A stretch of 37,141 nt of DNA from Deltaproteobacteria bacterium. GTDB taxonomy: Bacteria > Myxococcota_A > UBA9160 > SMWR01. This document shows, one piece after another, positions 1 through 9,971 of the stretch. Each line of letters starts with the position of its first letter. The first letter of the stretch is position 1. Where the stretch lies: NCBI GenBank assembly GCA_032128375.1, contig JAQBGU010000217.1:1-37141 (forward strand), read 5' to 3'. Position numbers and translations under genes: made by a program. The notes beneath the pieces are model-generated. The model saw nothing but the letters and a program-made list of their open reading frames with translations. It was not told the origin of the DNA and made no database searches.

Positions 1-227
1 GCCCAACCGGGCCGGCTCCTTCTCTGCCCCCTGCTGCACGCCTGTGCAACTGCTGCCCGTGGTTTTAGCAGGGACGGAATCGGGGGTAAAGCCCCGTTTG
101 TCGTACTGCCTGGAAATTGAGCAGGTCTGCGCAGGAGACGGGCGCGGGGATCCGCTCGAATGTGCCCAAGTGTTCGTATTTGGGCCGATTTCCGCACATC
201 GAAGGACTGGAGCGGCGATTTTCGAAT

Positions 228-243
228 TGGCACGGGGCTTGAA
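228..243 (+). promoter_or_regulatory. Putative sigma54 (-24/-12) promoter of amtB-glnK
   Basis: TGGCACGGGGCTTGAA = TGGCAC-N5-TTGA (GG-N10-GA; -12 GA instead of consensus GC), about 115 nt upstream of the amt start. Nitrogen-uptake genes are classic sigma54 targets. Confidence 0.6.
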
Positions 244-358
244 TTAGCAGCCGAAGGTGATCGGCCCGCGACTCTGGGGAGCGCGGCCCGGCACGAGCGG
301 TGGGTCCGGCGCGAGCCGCCCCATACAGAAACCTTCCATCCCCTGCCGAGGACCAACG

Positions 359-1729
359 ATGCAACGCCTGCCCATTCTTCTCGTGCTGGCCGGAGCCTTG
401 CTCCTACCCAGCCTCGCGCTGGCCGAGGACGGCGTCACGCCGGGCCAGTTCACCGCAAACAATGTTTGGATGATGCTCTGCGCCGGCCTGGTGTTCATCA
501 TGCACCTGGGCTTCGCGACGGTGGAATCCGGGCTCACCCGCGCAAAGAACACCACCAACATCCTGTTCAAGAACACCTTCGTCGTTACCGCCGGCATCCT
601 CACCTACGCCTTCATGGGCTTCAACCTCATGTACCCCGGCGATTTCAGCCTCGGCAGCTGGTTCGGCTTCGCGGGCTTCGGCATCGCGACGGACGCCGCG
701 GGAAGCACGCCGGCCTACGCCGACGGCGGTTACACCTATTGGACCGACTTCCTCTTCCAGGCCATGTTCGCCGCGACCTGCGCGACGATCGTCTCCGGTG
801 CGGTGGCGGAGCGGATCAAGCTCTCCGCCTTCATGATCTTCGTGGTTCCCTTCGTGATGATCGTCTACCCGCTGGCGGGCTCCTGGAAGTGGGGCGGCGG
901 CTGGCTCGACCAGATGGGCTTTTACGACTTCGCGGGTTCGACACTCGTGCATTCGGTTGGCGGCTGGGGCGCCCTGGTCGGCGCGATGATGCTCGGGCCT
1001 CGTCTGGGAAAATACGTTGGCGACCGCATGAACCCGATTCCCGGCAGCAACATGCCGATGGCCGCAGTCGGCGTCTTCTTGCTCTGGCTCGGTTGGTTCG
1101 GATTCAACGGCGGTTCGGTGTTGAGCGCGGATCCCGCACTGACTTCCTTCGCGCTGGTCACGACCTGCCTCGCCGCGTCGGCGGGCGCAATCGCTGCGAT
1201 GATGACTTCGTGGTTCCAGTTCTCGAAGCCTGACCTGTCGATGGCCCTCAATGGGATTCTGGCGGGCCTGGTGGGCATCACGGCCGGTGCCGACACGGTG
1301 GGAATCCTCGGTGCCGTCACCATCGGCGCGATTGCCGGCGTGCTGGTCGTCTACGCGGTGATCCTATTCGACCGAATCAAGATCGACGATCCGGTCGGCG
1401 CGATCTCAGTCCACCTGGTGTGTGGTGTCTGGGGCACGCTCGCAGTTGGGATCTTCTCGACGAACCCCGAGCACTCGTTTGTCACGCAGCTGATCGGTGT
1501 GGCGGCCTACGGCATCACGACTGTAGCGGCCGCTTTGGCGATCTTCGGAGCCATCAAGGCCACAATGGGACTGCGCGTCAGCGAAGAAGAGGAACTCGAA
1601 GGTCTCGACCTCGCCGAACACGGCAGCCACGCCTACGACTTCTCGATGGGCTCGGGATTCATGGAACCCAGCGCCCGACCGCAGCGCGTCCCACTTGCGA
1701 CGTCTTTTCCCGCAACCGATCGGGTCTGA
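359..1729 (+). CDS. amtB: Ammonium transporter (Amt family)
   Basis: ATG 359 after GAGGA; signal-like N-terminus; motifs FQAMFA, DFAGSTLVHSVGG, WFGFNGGS, DDPVGAISVH (both pore His present), EGLDLAEHG. Confidence 0.97.
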   Translation: MQRLPILLVLAGALLLPSLALAEDGVTPGQFTANNVWMMLCAGLVFIMHLGFATVESGLTRAKNTTNILFKNTFVVTAGILTYAFMGFNLMYPGDFSLGSWFGFAGFGIATDAAGSTPAYADGGYTYWTDFLFQAMFAATCATIVSGAVAERIKLSAFMIFVVPFVMIVYPLAGSWKWGGGWLDQMGFYDFAGSTLVHSVGGWGALVGAMMLGPRLGKYVGDRMNPIPGSNMPMAAVGVFLLWLGWFGFNGGSVLSADPALTSFALVTTCLAASAGAIAAMMTSWFQFSKPDLSMALNGILAGLVGITAGADTVGILGAVTIGAIAGVLVVYAVILFDRIKIDDPVGAISVHLVCGVWGTLAVGIFSTNPEHSFVTQLIGVAAYGITTVAAALAIFGAIKATMGLRVSEEEELEGLDLAEHGSHAYDFSMGSGFMEPSARPQRVPLATSFPATDRV

Positions 1730-2140
<411 letters not shown>

Positions 2141-2178
2141 TTCAGTTTGGTTCGGCTGCGCGAATCGCCAGGCGACTC

Positions 2179-3009
2179 CTAGCTCCAGAATCGACGCAGC
2201 GCGCGTCGGGGATGGCGGCCATTGACACTGCCCGTGTAAGGCGGACGGATGTTGTATCCGATCAACTCCTGGAGCTGCTTTGGCAGTTGGCGCACGGTCG
2301 AACGCGGGATCGACAGCAGGTGCGTCTCGAGCGGACGCAGCCAACTGGCGATGTACTCGGAATAAATGAAGATCGCAGCGTCGGTCGATTTGTTCGCTCC
2401 CACGCCATGCCACAACGACCCGCGGTACAAAAGCAATGATCCAGCAGGCACGGACACCTCGATCGCGCGGGTGAGGTCGGCCGCGGTCGGGGTTCGATCT
2501 TCCCAACGATGGCTTCCGGGAATCAACACAGTTGTTCCGCCCGCGGCAATCAGCTCATCGATCGCCCACAATGCAGATAGCACCAGCTCGTCGTGCGGTC
2601 GCGCAACCGGGTAGACCTGATCGTCGGTGTGAAGCTCCTGCGCAACCGACGCGGCCCCAACCTGCACGGCAACGTGCGCGCCGAGTTGGTGGTGACCCAG
2701 CAGCTCGCGCGCGAGTGCGTGGAGGAATTCACCGGATACGAGTTGATCGGTGCTTCGTGTCTTCGCGAGCAGGCTGTATACGCGTCGGGTCCGCCGGCCT
2801 TCGAAAGCGTTGCGGCCAAGCGGTGTTCGCGAGAACAGCGGCCGGACGGCAGCGTGGATCAACTCCAGCTCAGTTGGCTTTACGACTGCCTCGATGACCG
2901 CGTAGCCGGCGCGATCGAGCCCGTCGATTACTCCGGCAACCGAGTTCCTGTGTGAGTTTGAGCCAGTCGAAAGGCCGGCGCGGTCTGGCGCCGTGCGGTT
3001 GGCCGACAT
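2179..3009 (-). CDS. Phytanoyl-CoA dioxygenase (PhyH)-family Fe(II)/2OG dioxygenase, possibly degenerate
   Basis: HxD motif (LHTDD), IPGSH, distal His (LWHGVGAN); ATG 3009 with GGAG RBS. Confidence 0.85.
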   Translation of the reverse strand: MSANRTAPDRAGLSTGSNSHRNSVAGVIDGLDRAGYAVIEAVVKPTELELIHAAVRPLFSRTPLGRNAFEGRRTRRVYSLLAKTRSTDQLVSGEFLHALARELLGHHQLGAHVAVQVGAASVAQELHTDDQVYPVARPHDELVLSALWAIDELIAAGGTTVLIPGSHRWEDRTPTAADLTRAIEVSVPAGSLLLYRGSLWHGVGANKSTDAAIFIYSEYIASWLRPLETHLLSIPRSTVRQLPKQLQELIGYNIRPPYTGSVNGRHPRRALRRFWS

Positions 3010-3025
3010 TCGGTCTCCGGTTCGA

Positions 3026-3547
3026 CTAACACCGGGCATCGATCCGCTCGATTACATGCTGAAGGACGTCCAGATCCATCGATGTGGAGTGTTTGGCTTC
3101 AGGAAAGCTGCGGCTTCGCACCTCGTCTGCGTAGTTCTTCAGAGCCTTCGTCATCTGATTGCCCAGATCGAGCGCACGCTCTCTACCACCTTCGAGTTTG
3201 ACGGCGTGGCATCCACCTTCTTGAACGAGACGTGCGGCACTGGTGAGTGCTTGGCCCTCGCTCACCTGATATGACATGAACGGAAGATCACCGATCACAA
3301 GCGCATTGGACCGGCCTCTCATCACCGCACGAACGTGATGAATCATATCTTCGAGCGTGACTGGAATGGTCGTGTCGTACCCGAGAACCACCATGCCCAG
3401 CGTGTCGCCCACCAGCACGACTGGGATCCTGGCTGCCTCGACGACCTGAATCGACGTGTAGTCGTAAGCGGTGATCATCGGGATGCGCTCCCCCCGAAGT
3501 TTCCAATTCAGCAGATCGTGAATCGCGACGGGATGGTCTTTCGCCAT
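3026..3547 (-). pseudogene. panB: 3-methyl-2-oxobutanoate hydroxymethyltransferase with in-frame internal deletion
   Basis: MITAYD, LVGDTLGM, GDLPFMSY, AVKLEGG, then a direct jump to the PanB C-terminus (DLG..ALKNYADEVRSRSFP..HS). Only 173 aa; the central GHxGLTPQ/catalytic Glu region is absent. Confidence 0.85.
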
Positions 3548-3599
3548 GACGATGACCTCCAAGCGGGCTCAACCATCGTCGGTCAACTCGGCCAGAAGT

Positions 3600-3650
3600 C
3601 AATTCTAGTATATGATTGTCATCCAAAAGTATTATCTAATATGACGTGAC
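3600..3650. promoter_or_regulatory. AT-rich divergent promoter/operator region between panB and LysR
   Basis: AT-rich patch with dyads (GTCAT..ATGAC; TATTA-TC-TAATA) between a LysR gene and its divergent neighbour. Confidence 0.45.
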
Positions 3651-3736
3651 GCAGTCAGGTGGATTCGAACTTTTGAGGATTCCGCATTTGGAGTCCTTTT
3701 GGGGCATCCCAAGGAACATGAGGTGATCCGGAACCC

Positions 3737-4657
3737 GTGACACTCGAAGACCTGCGCGTATTCGTCGCCGTTTGCGAGTTGGGGAGTTTCAGCGCCGTCG
3801 CGCGAAAGCTCGGTTGCACTCAGCCCGCCGTCAGCCAACACATCGCGCGGCTGGAACGCGAGCTCGGAACTTCGCTTCTCGAGCGCAGCTCTACCGGCGT
3901 CACACCGACTGGTGCAGGCCAAACGCTCCAAGAGGCGGCTCTCGACGGGTTGGACTCGATCGCCTCGGGCGTTCGGCGCATCATCGAACTTCGCGACGGG
4001 GAGGTTGGGTCGCTGTCGATTACGACGGGCGGCTCCAGCGTGCGCCACTTCATGCGTGAAACCGTGATCGGCTTCCGAGAGCGACACCCCGGAGTTCGTC
4101 TGGATTTCGTGCCGACCGACTCGACCCAGAGTTGTCTCGAGATTCTCAGACGGAGCAACGCTGACCTCGCGCTCGTGACGATCGGAGAGCCGGTTCGTGG
4201 CATCGAGCATCGCGTCGTCGCTGAACAAAAACCCCGGCTTATCGTGTGTAACGACGACCCTCTCGCCACCCGTAAAACAGTCAGCATCCCAGAGCTCAAG
4301 GGAATCCGCTACATCAGCCTGACCGAGCGCGCGACTTCGTATGGGATCTTGCAGGACGCATTCGAGCGGGAGGGCTTGACGCTCGAAGCCACGATGAGTG
4401 TCGACGACTTCGACACGGCATGCGTCTTCGTCGAGTTGGGCCTCGGTCATGCGATCGTGCCGGCTATGCATGCTCTGCACTTCGCGCAGAGCGGACGCGT
4501 CGCATCGATCGAGATCCAGGGGTTGAAGCCGGTGGTGATTGGCTGGGCGGCACGGCGATGGTCTTCACTTTCTTCTGCCGCCCATAGCTTCGTTGAGATT
4601 TTCCACCACGAAATGAAGAAACACAGAAGCGTTCCGGGTCTCAGTGTTGTCGATTGA
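3737..4657 (+). CDS. LysR-family transcriptional regulator
   Basis: N-terminal HTH (LRVFVAVCELGSFSAVARKLGCTQPAVSQHIARLERELG), substrate-binding domain, 306 aa; GAGGT RBS. Confidence 0.95.
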   Translation: MTLEDLRVFVAVCELGSFSAVARKLGCTQPAVSQHIARLERELGTSLLERSSTGVTPTGAGQTLQEAALDGLDSIASGVRRIIELRDGEVGSLSITTGGSSVRHFMRETVIGFRERHPGVRLDFVPTDSTQSCLEILRRSNADLALVTIGEPVRGIEHRVVAEQKPRLIVCNDDPLATRKTVSIPELKGIRYISLTERATSYGILQDAFEREGLTLEATMSVDDFDTACVFVELGLGHAIVPAMHALHFAQSGRVASIEIQGLKPVVIGWAARRWSSLSSAAHSFVEIFHHEMKKHRSVPGLSVVD

Positions 4658-4705
4658 ACTCGCCTGCCAGCGCCTACCGGCGCAATCATCGGGGACACAC
4701 AGGAG

Positions 4706-5533
4706 TTAGCAGCCATCGCTGGAAGCTTTTTCCGGACTCTTTTCGCCGAAGATCTCCCGGTGGCGCGTAACGACTTGCGGCCAAAGACTCCGAAAATCGG
4801 GATCACTCAACCCGAACACTTCGGCAAGCGTCTCGCAGAGCGCATCTGCGCTCTCGAGGATCTGCTTTTCTTCCCGCGGTAGGGCGAGCACCCGCCCGAT
4901 CAGGGTCTTGGTTCCGCCTACCCCGTCCGGCTGCAGACAGATCAGGTTCTGCCGGAAAAGCGAGCCCTCGTCCTGCTGTAGATTGCGGCAGGTCTCGGCA
5001 AGATGGTCTTCGTCGGGCTCGGGTGAAAAATCGAAGCTGGGCGGGATTGCACCAGCGTGGTTGTGAAAACGCCAGAGCCCGTCTTCCAGGACCTCGAGTC
5101 GGAACTCGCGGTTGCCTTGAACAACACGCGCTTGTTCGAGGCAGATGGGCTCGAGCATCCCTTCCCCGATTCCCACATCAGCCAGCATCGGCCCGTCGAG
5201 GTCGACGCGGAGCACCAGGTGGTTACCCATCGCTGCGTCACCATGAATGGCGCGCATCACTCCCCCCACCATGCGCGTGACCTCGAAGCCGATCTCCCGC
5301 AGTGCCCAGCACAGCAACCCATTCATCTCGTAGCACCAGCCGCCGCGCTGGCGCTCGACGATCTTCTCGAAGATGCGCTGCAGATCGAGATCCAGCGCTC
5401 GGCCCAGCTGCACGTCCAGATCCTCGTACGGGATGTTCAGCAGATGCTGGCGGTGGATCGCAGTGAGGCAAGCGAGATCGGGTGCAACCGACCCGTGGTA
5501 ATCGATGCGCTTCAGATAGCCGTCGAGATTCAT
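4706..5533 (-). CDS. Arylamine N-acetyltransferase
   Basis: YLKRI start, IPYEDLD, RGGWCYEMN (catalytic Cys), GNHL (His), LADVG (Asp). Confidence 0.93.
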   Translation of the reverse strand: MNLDGYLKRIDYHGSVAPDLACLTAIHRQHLLNIPYEDLDVQLGRALDLDLQRIFEKIVERQRGGWCYEMNGLLCWALREIGFEVTRMVGGVMRAIHGDAAMGNHLVLRVDLDGPMLADVGIGEGMLEPICLEQARVVQGNREFRLEVLEDGLWRFHNHAGAIPPSFDFSPEPDEDHLAETCRNLQQDEGSLFRQNLICLQPDGVGGTKTLIGRVLALPREEKQILESADALCETLAEVFGLSDPDFRSLWPQVVTRHREIFGEKSPEKASSDGC

Positions 5534-5670
5534 GGCGAAAAGATAGGCCTTTCGTCGGTGAGTGGATTCGATCCACACCGCGTCGACGCTGATCGAGCCG
5601 CCTGGTAGGCATCCTTCTTTCGAGGTCTGGCGGTCTGGAGCTCTGGAGAAAGGGGCCAGTCGAGCAATGG

Positions 5671-5711
5671 AAAAGGGTCGGGCGGCCTGACATTTCCGGC
5701 CAGCCCGACCC
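5671..5711 (-). terminator. Intrinsic terminator after the GST gene
   Basis: Minus strand GGGTCGGGC…GCCCGACCC hairpin followed by TTTT, about 8 nt after the GST stop. Confidence 0.65.
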
Positions 5712-5719
5712 TCGTGAGC

Positions 5720-6349
5720 TCAGGACAGGTCGCCTTCGACCACTCCCTTGATGGCGGGACGCGAAAACACGCGCTCCACGTAGGCAGCCAATTTGGGCCA
5801 GCGGTCCGCGTCGATCGATTCGCCAGCCAATCGGAAGTTCACGACGGACGTGGTGACGCCGATGTCGCCCACCGAAAAGCGACCACCCACCAGGTATTCG
5901 TTGTCGCCGATTTCGCCCTCGAGGTAGTCGAAGACGGGCGGGACTTGGTTGTCGAGGCTGTTCTTCACGATCTCCTCGTCGGCTTCCTGTTGGAAGATGT
6001 TCTTGCGTACGAACCGCTGGAAGAAGACCGTCGTCAGAGTCGAGGTCACCGCGGTGTCACCGTACTCCTCGTACCAGAGAGCCCGACCACGTTGCGCCGG
6101 ATCGGATGGGTACAGCGGCGGTGAGGGTTCGATTCGCTCCAGGTAGTCGATGATTACCGACGAGTCGGGCAGCACGAGATTCCCGTCCTGCCAGACTGGG
6201 ATCTTCCCGAGCGGGCTGAGCTTCTTGAATTCAGCGGTCTGTCCGAACGGAACGACCTGCTCGTTGTCGTAAGCAATGCCCTTTTCTGCGAGGGCCATCC
6301 GCACCTTGCGGACGAACGGGGAGAGATTGACGCCGTGGAGGGTTGACAT
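5720..6349 (-). CDS. Glutathione S-transferase family protein
   Basis: SPFVRKVR, SPLGKIPV, DSSVIIDYL, YLVGGRFSVGDI; GGAG RBS. Confidence 0.95.
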   Translation of the reverse strand: MSTLHGVNLSPFVRKVRMALAEKGIAYDNEQVVPFGQTAEFKKLSPLGKIPVWQDGNLVLPDSSVIIDYLERIEPSPPLYPSDPAQRGRALWYEEYGDTAVTSTLTTVFFQRFVRKNIFQQEADEEIVKNSLDNQVPPVFDYLEGEIGDNEYLVGGRFSVGDIGVTTSVVNFRLAGESIDADRWPKLAAYVERVFSRPAIKGVVEGDLS

Positions 6350-6397
6350 GAGTTACTCCTGTGGTTTTGAGCCCGGATGGGCTCGGTGGTTCGTTGA

Positions 6398-7114
6398 CTA
6401 CTTGTGCGGGCGTACAACGGATGCGTCTGAAACCTCTAGAGCCGAGCCCACCTGGCTCAGATCGAAGAGTTGATGGAATTGTGCAAGCGCTTCGAGATCG
6501 CCTTCCAGTTCGAGGGCTTCGCTGGCAACCGCAGCGTCGACCGACAAGGCGCCACTCGCGAACGCATAGATATTCAACGGAGCGCCCCGCACGGTCGCCT
6601 CGCTGGCCGGCCGCGCTCCGGCCGCCAGTGCGTCGATGGCAACGCCACGCCTACCACCCCGCACCCACAGAACGACTTCGTCAGCGCCGTCTGGAATGGA
6701 AACGACGAAGCGATGCGCGGGGGTGTTCGTTCTGCGGGCGACCGCCGCCAGCCCGAGACCCAGCCAAGAGGGTTCGATATGGTCGGTCGCCTCCGGTGGG
6801 CCCAGAAAGCGCAAACCAAAACGGGTCAACTCGCGCAGCGCGTCGCCGAACCCTGCACCCAGCTCAGTCAATTCGACGATATCGGCGCGACCCGGTGGCG
6901 GCAGACTCGCGCGACGCACCAGACCGTCGGCCTCTAGCCGACGCAGTCGCTGGCTGAGCACGCTGGCGCTGACCCCTGGCAGGCGTCTGCGAAAATCCGA
7001 GAAGCGCTGCGGACCGACGAAGAGTTCTCGAAAGATCAGAAGCGTCCAGCGTTCGCCGATAATTTCGGCGACGCGTGCAAGCGGGCAGAACTGGGCGTAG
7101 CGGAAATCGGTCAC
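6398..7114 (-). CDS. HxlR-family winged-helix regulator with C-terminal SCP2-like domain
   Basis: YAQFCPLAR..EIIGERWTLLIFREL..GPQRFSD..LPGVS..LSQRLRRLE; C-terminal SCP2-like LELEGD. Start taken as GTG 7114. Confidence 0.88.
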   Translation of the reverse strand: MTDFRYAQFCPLARVAEIIGERWTLLIFRELFVGPQRFSDFRRRLPGVSASVLSQRLRRLEADGLVRRASLPPPGRADIVELTELGAGFGDALRELTRFGLRFLGPPEATDHIEPSWLGLGLAAVARRTNTPAHRFVVSIPDGADEVVLWVRGGRRGVAIDALAAGARPASEATVRGAPLNIYAFASGALSVDAAVASEALELEGDLEALAQFHQLFDLSQVGSALEVSDASVVRPHK

Positions 7115-7116
7115 AG

Positions 7117-7152
7117 GTTCGAATTTAGAACAAGTTGGTACAAAAATCGAAT
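7117..7152. promoter_or_regulatory. Tandem palindromic operator, likely HxlR autoregulation
   Basis: GTTC-N7-GAAC (7117-7131) and GTAC-N7-GAAT (7138-7152), 21 bp apart, immediately upstream of the GTG. Confidence 0.55.
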
Positions 7153-7347
7153 TCACCCTCCACCAGCGTCTCCAGGATCGCTGAACCCAGAACCTCGGAT
7201 CAGGGTTGCTTCGGGTTGCTCGTTGCCACTGACGTGCGCGTGGGTAGGCGCTCGAGAGCAAAATCGAGGTCCGCCGGATCGACGATGGTCTGGTAGCTGG
7301 AGTCCATTTCTCACCACCTGATGTCGGACTTCTCAGCGTCAGTCGTC

Positions 7348-7764
7348 TCAGTTCGTGGTTGTGTGGGCCAGCGCCTCTCCCGCCTGGGCCGGACTCGCCG
7401 ACAGTCGACGCTCCACTGGACGCAGCAGATACGAGGCGGCTCCGATCGCCCCGACGATCAGCGGCGGGACGATCTCACCAAGCGCATCGCCAGAAAACGC
7501 GTGCGAAGCAGATGCGCCAATCAGATCGAACGCGAAGCCCGCGTATGCCCACTCCTTCAGCAGCAGGTGTCCGGGGACGAGCAGCGCGGTCACACCCAGG
7601 AGTTTCGCGATCCCGAGAATCGTCAGAACGTACACTGGGTAGCCGAGGTGAGTCATCGCCTCGACGATGAACTCCACGCGAACCAGGTGCGCAACACCCG
7701 AAAAGCCGAGGACCGCACAGAAAATGCCCGTGCAGACCCAGTAGACGATGCTTCGAGGAACCAT
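7348..7764 (-). CDS. DoxX-like family membrane protein
   Basis: YW..T, HLGYPVY..ILGIAKLLG, LKEWAYAGFAF…A..SH; four hydrophobic segments. Confidence 0.88.
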   Translation of the reverse strand: MVPRSIVYWVCTGIFCAVLGFSGVAHLVRVEFIVEAMTHLGYPVYVLTILGIAKLLGVTALLVPGHLLLKEWAYAGFAFDLIGASASHAFSGDALGEIVPPLIVGAIGAASYLLRPVERRLSASPAQAGEALAHTTTN

Positions 7765-7816
7765 GTCGTTTCTGCTGATCCCAATCAGCCATTTCAATCA
7801 GCCGTTTCCGAATCCG

Positions 7817-8467
7817 TCAATCTGGCGGTGCGGGAAGTTTCGGACCGAGAAGCATCCACTCCACGGCTTGGGCATGTGATTCGATGAACGCGGGATCGCA
7901 CGGGTCACCGCCCGTCACGCGTCGACACTCTTCTGCTTGATGAAATACGGTGTCGATTGCACCGATCAGGCCATATGCGAAGTGCAGCGGGTCGACGGAA
8001 TCTGGCAAACGTCCGATCTGCTGTAAATGCCGGATCATCGGGATGAGTTGGGCAAACATCGGCTTCACGTGTCGGTCGACGATCCAGCGCATCCGGGGCC
8101 CGCGGCGTTTTCCTTCGTCGTGCATCAATCGGACGAATTCAGGATTCCGTCCGACGAATTGCACATGTGCCCGGATGCCTGCGCGAATTCGCTCGATACG
8201 CGGGTCGTCAGCGCCGTCGAGTTCCACGCCGATATCGAGACCTCCCTGAATGTCCCCAAAAGCCCGGTCCACCGCGGCCTGCCAAAGCTTGCGTTTGCTA
8301 CCGAAGTAGTACTGCACGAGCCCGAGGGGGGCGCCGGCGCGTCGTGCGATTTCCCGTGTCGTTGCGCCATCGAAGCCCATCTCGGCGAATGCGGCGAGCG
8401 CCCCGTCGAGAATGCGCTCGCGCGTTTCCACCGAACGCCCGGCTTTCGAAACAGCCATTGGTCGCAT
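7817..8467 (-). CDS. TetR/AcrR-family regulator
   Basis: TRERILDGALAAFAEMGFDGATTREIARRAG..LVQYYFGSK. Start is 8467 or 8458. Confidence 0.93.
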   Translation of the reverse strand: MRPMAVSKAGRSVETRERILDGALAAFAEMGFDGATTREIARRAGAPLGLVQYYFGSKRKLWQAAVDRAFGDIQGGLDIGVELDGADDPRIERIRAGIRAHVQFVGRNPEFVRLMHDEGKRRGPRMRWIVDRHVKPMFAQLIPMIRHLQQIGRLPDSVDPLHFAYGLIGAIDTVFHQAEECRRVTGGDPCDPAFIESHAQAVEWMLLGPKLPAPPD

Positions 8468-8476
8468 GCCCAAAAT

Positions 8477-8496
8477 AGTTGTACAGATGACCAACT
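8477..8496. promoter_or_regulatory. Palindromic operator upstream of tetR
   Basis: AGTTGTACAG|ATGACCAACT imperfect 20-bp dyad in the divergent tetR / Mo-hydroxylase interval. Confidence 0.5.
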
Positions 8497-8612
8497 CGCG
8501 CAACCGGCGGGTGGCAGCATGGCCGAGCCAAGCCATGGGCTACTGGATGCGCGCCCATCGAGAACCGCGATACAATGCGCCGGGCCGACGCTGCGGGTCG
8601 GACGGAGGATTC

Positions 8613-9485
8613 ATGCAGGAGATCGAGTACGCGGCTCCCACGACCGTGGAGGAAGCGGTGTCCGCCCTGGCCGGTGGCGGGGAGTCTCAACCGTTCGCGG
8701 GCGGCACCGACCTGTTGGTCCAGATGCGATCCGCGGCCCCGCGCGAGCAAAAGCTCGTCGACATCAAGCGGATCACCGAGCTCACCTCGATCGCGCTCGA
8801 CGCATCCGGGCTGCGACTCGGAGCCGGCGTGAGCTGCTGGGAAGTTTCCCACCACAAGGGACTGCGAGAGACCTTCCCGGGTCTGGTCGAAGCCGCCGAG
8901 TTGATCGGCTCGATTCAGATCCAGAACCGCGCCACCGTTGGTGGAAACCTGTGCAATGCCTCGCCGGCAGCGGATACGGTTCCAGCCCTGATCGCGGTCG
9001 GGGCCGAGTGTGTGATCGCGGGTTCGAGCGGGCGGCGCACTGTGCCCGTCGCGGACTTCGTGACGGGCCCGGGAACGACGCTGCTCGCGCCCGACGAGCT
9101 GTTGGTCGCACTCGTCATTCCGGCGATCGCGTCGCGAACAGCGGATGCGTATCTGCGCTTCATACCCCGCGGTGAAATGGACATCGCTGTCGTCGGCGCC
9201 GGCGTCAGCTTGACGCTCTCGGCAGACGGAATCTGTACCGCCGCTCGGGTCGCACTCGGTGCTGTTGGACCGACCGCGTTCCTGGTGCGGGCCGCCGCGG
9301 AGGCGCTGGTTGGAACCTCATTGGACGACGCAGCCCTCGAGCGCGCCGCCGCGGCCGCGCGAGACGCAGCGAACCCGATCGACGACAAGCGCGGTACGGT
9401 CGCATTCCGGCGCAGCATCGCGGGAGTACTGACCCGACGCGCTACCCAAATCGCAGCGACACGCGCGAGAGAAAGGAGCAGCTAG
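8613..9485 (+). CDS. Xanthine dehydrogenase/CoxM-family FAD-binding subunit
   Basis: AGGTDL, IGSIQIQNRATVGGNLCNASPAAD, PIDDKRGT; GGAGG RBS before ATG 8613. Confidence 0.93.
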   Translation: MQEIEYAAPTTVEEAVSALAGGGESQPFAGGTDLLVQMRSAAPREQKLVDIKRITELTSIALDASGLRLGAGVSCWEVSHHKGLRETFPGLVEAAELIGSIQIQNRATVGGNLCNASPAADTVPALIAVGAECVIAGSSGRRTVPVADFVTGPGTTLLAPDELLVALVIPAIASRTADAYLRFIPRGEMDIAVVGAGVSLTLSADGICTAARVALGAVGPTAFLVRAAAEALVGTSLDDAALERAAAAARDAANPIDDKRGTVAFRRSIAGVLTRRATQIAATRARERSS

Positions 9486-9971
9486 GTGGCCCGCAAGAGA
9501 CACGTTCAGACGACGATCAATGGCGAGCAGACAGAATTTCTCTGCCACCCCCACCAGTCTCTCTCCGAGGTGTTGCGAGACGAACTCCACATGACCGGAA
9601 CCAAAGAGGGTTGCACGACTGGCGACTGTGGCGCCTGCTCGGTAATGCTCGAAGGGCGTCTCGTGTGTGCGTGTCTGGTGTTGGCGATCGAGGCCGAGGA
9701 CGCGGAAATCACCACGATCGAGGGGATGGCCAGCGGCGAAGAACTCCACCCGCTGCAACGGAAGTTCCTCGAGCACGCCGCACTGCAGTGCGGCATATGC
9801 ACCCCCGGCTTCCTGATCGCTGCCAAGGCGCTGCTCGACCACAACCCCGACCCAAGCGAGCACGAGGTTCGCTACTGGCTGTCCGGGAACCTGTGCCGAT
9901 GTACCGGGTACGACAAGATCGTCGCAGCGGTCCTCGACGCAGCGCAGACCCTGGGAGCCGACGCTCAATGA
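9486..9971 (+). CDS. CoxS-family (2Fe-2S)x2 subunit
   Basis: KEGCTTGDCGACSV…CACL, QCGICTPG, GNLCRCTGY. Confidence 0.96.
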   Translation: MARKRHVQTTINGEQTEFLCHPHQSLSEVLRDELHMTGTKEGCTTGDCGACSVMLEGRLVCACLVLAIEAEDAEITTIEGMASGEELHPLQRKFLEHAALQCGICTPGFLIAAKALLDHNPDPSEHEVRYWLSGNLCRCTGYDKIVAAVLDAAQTLGADAQ

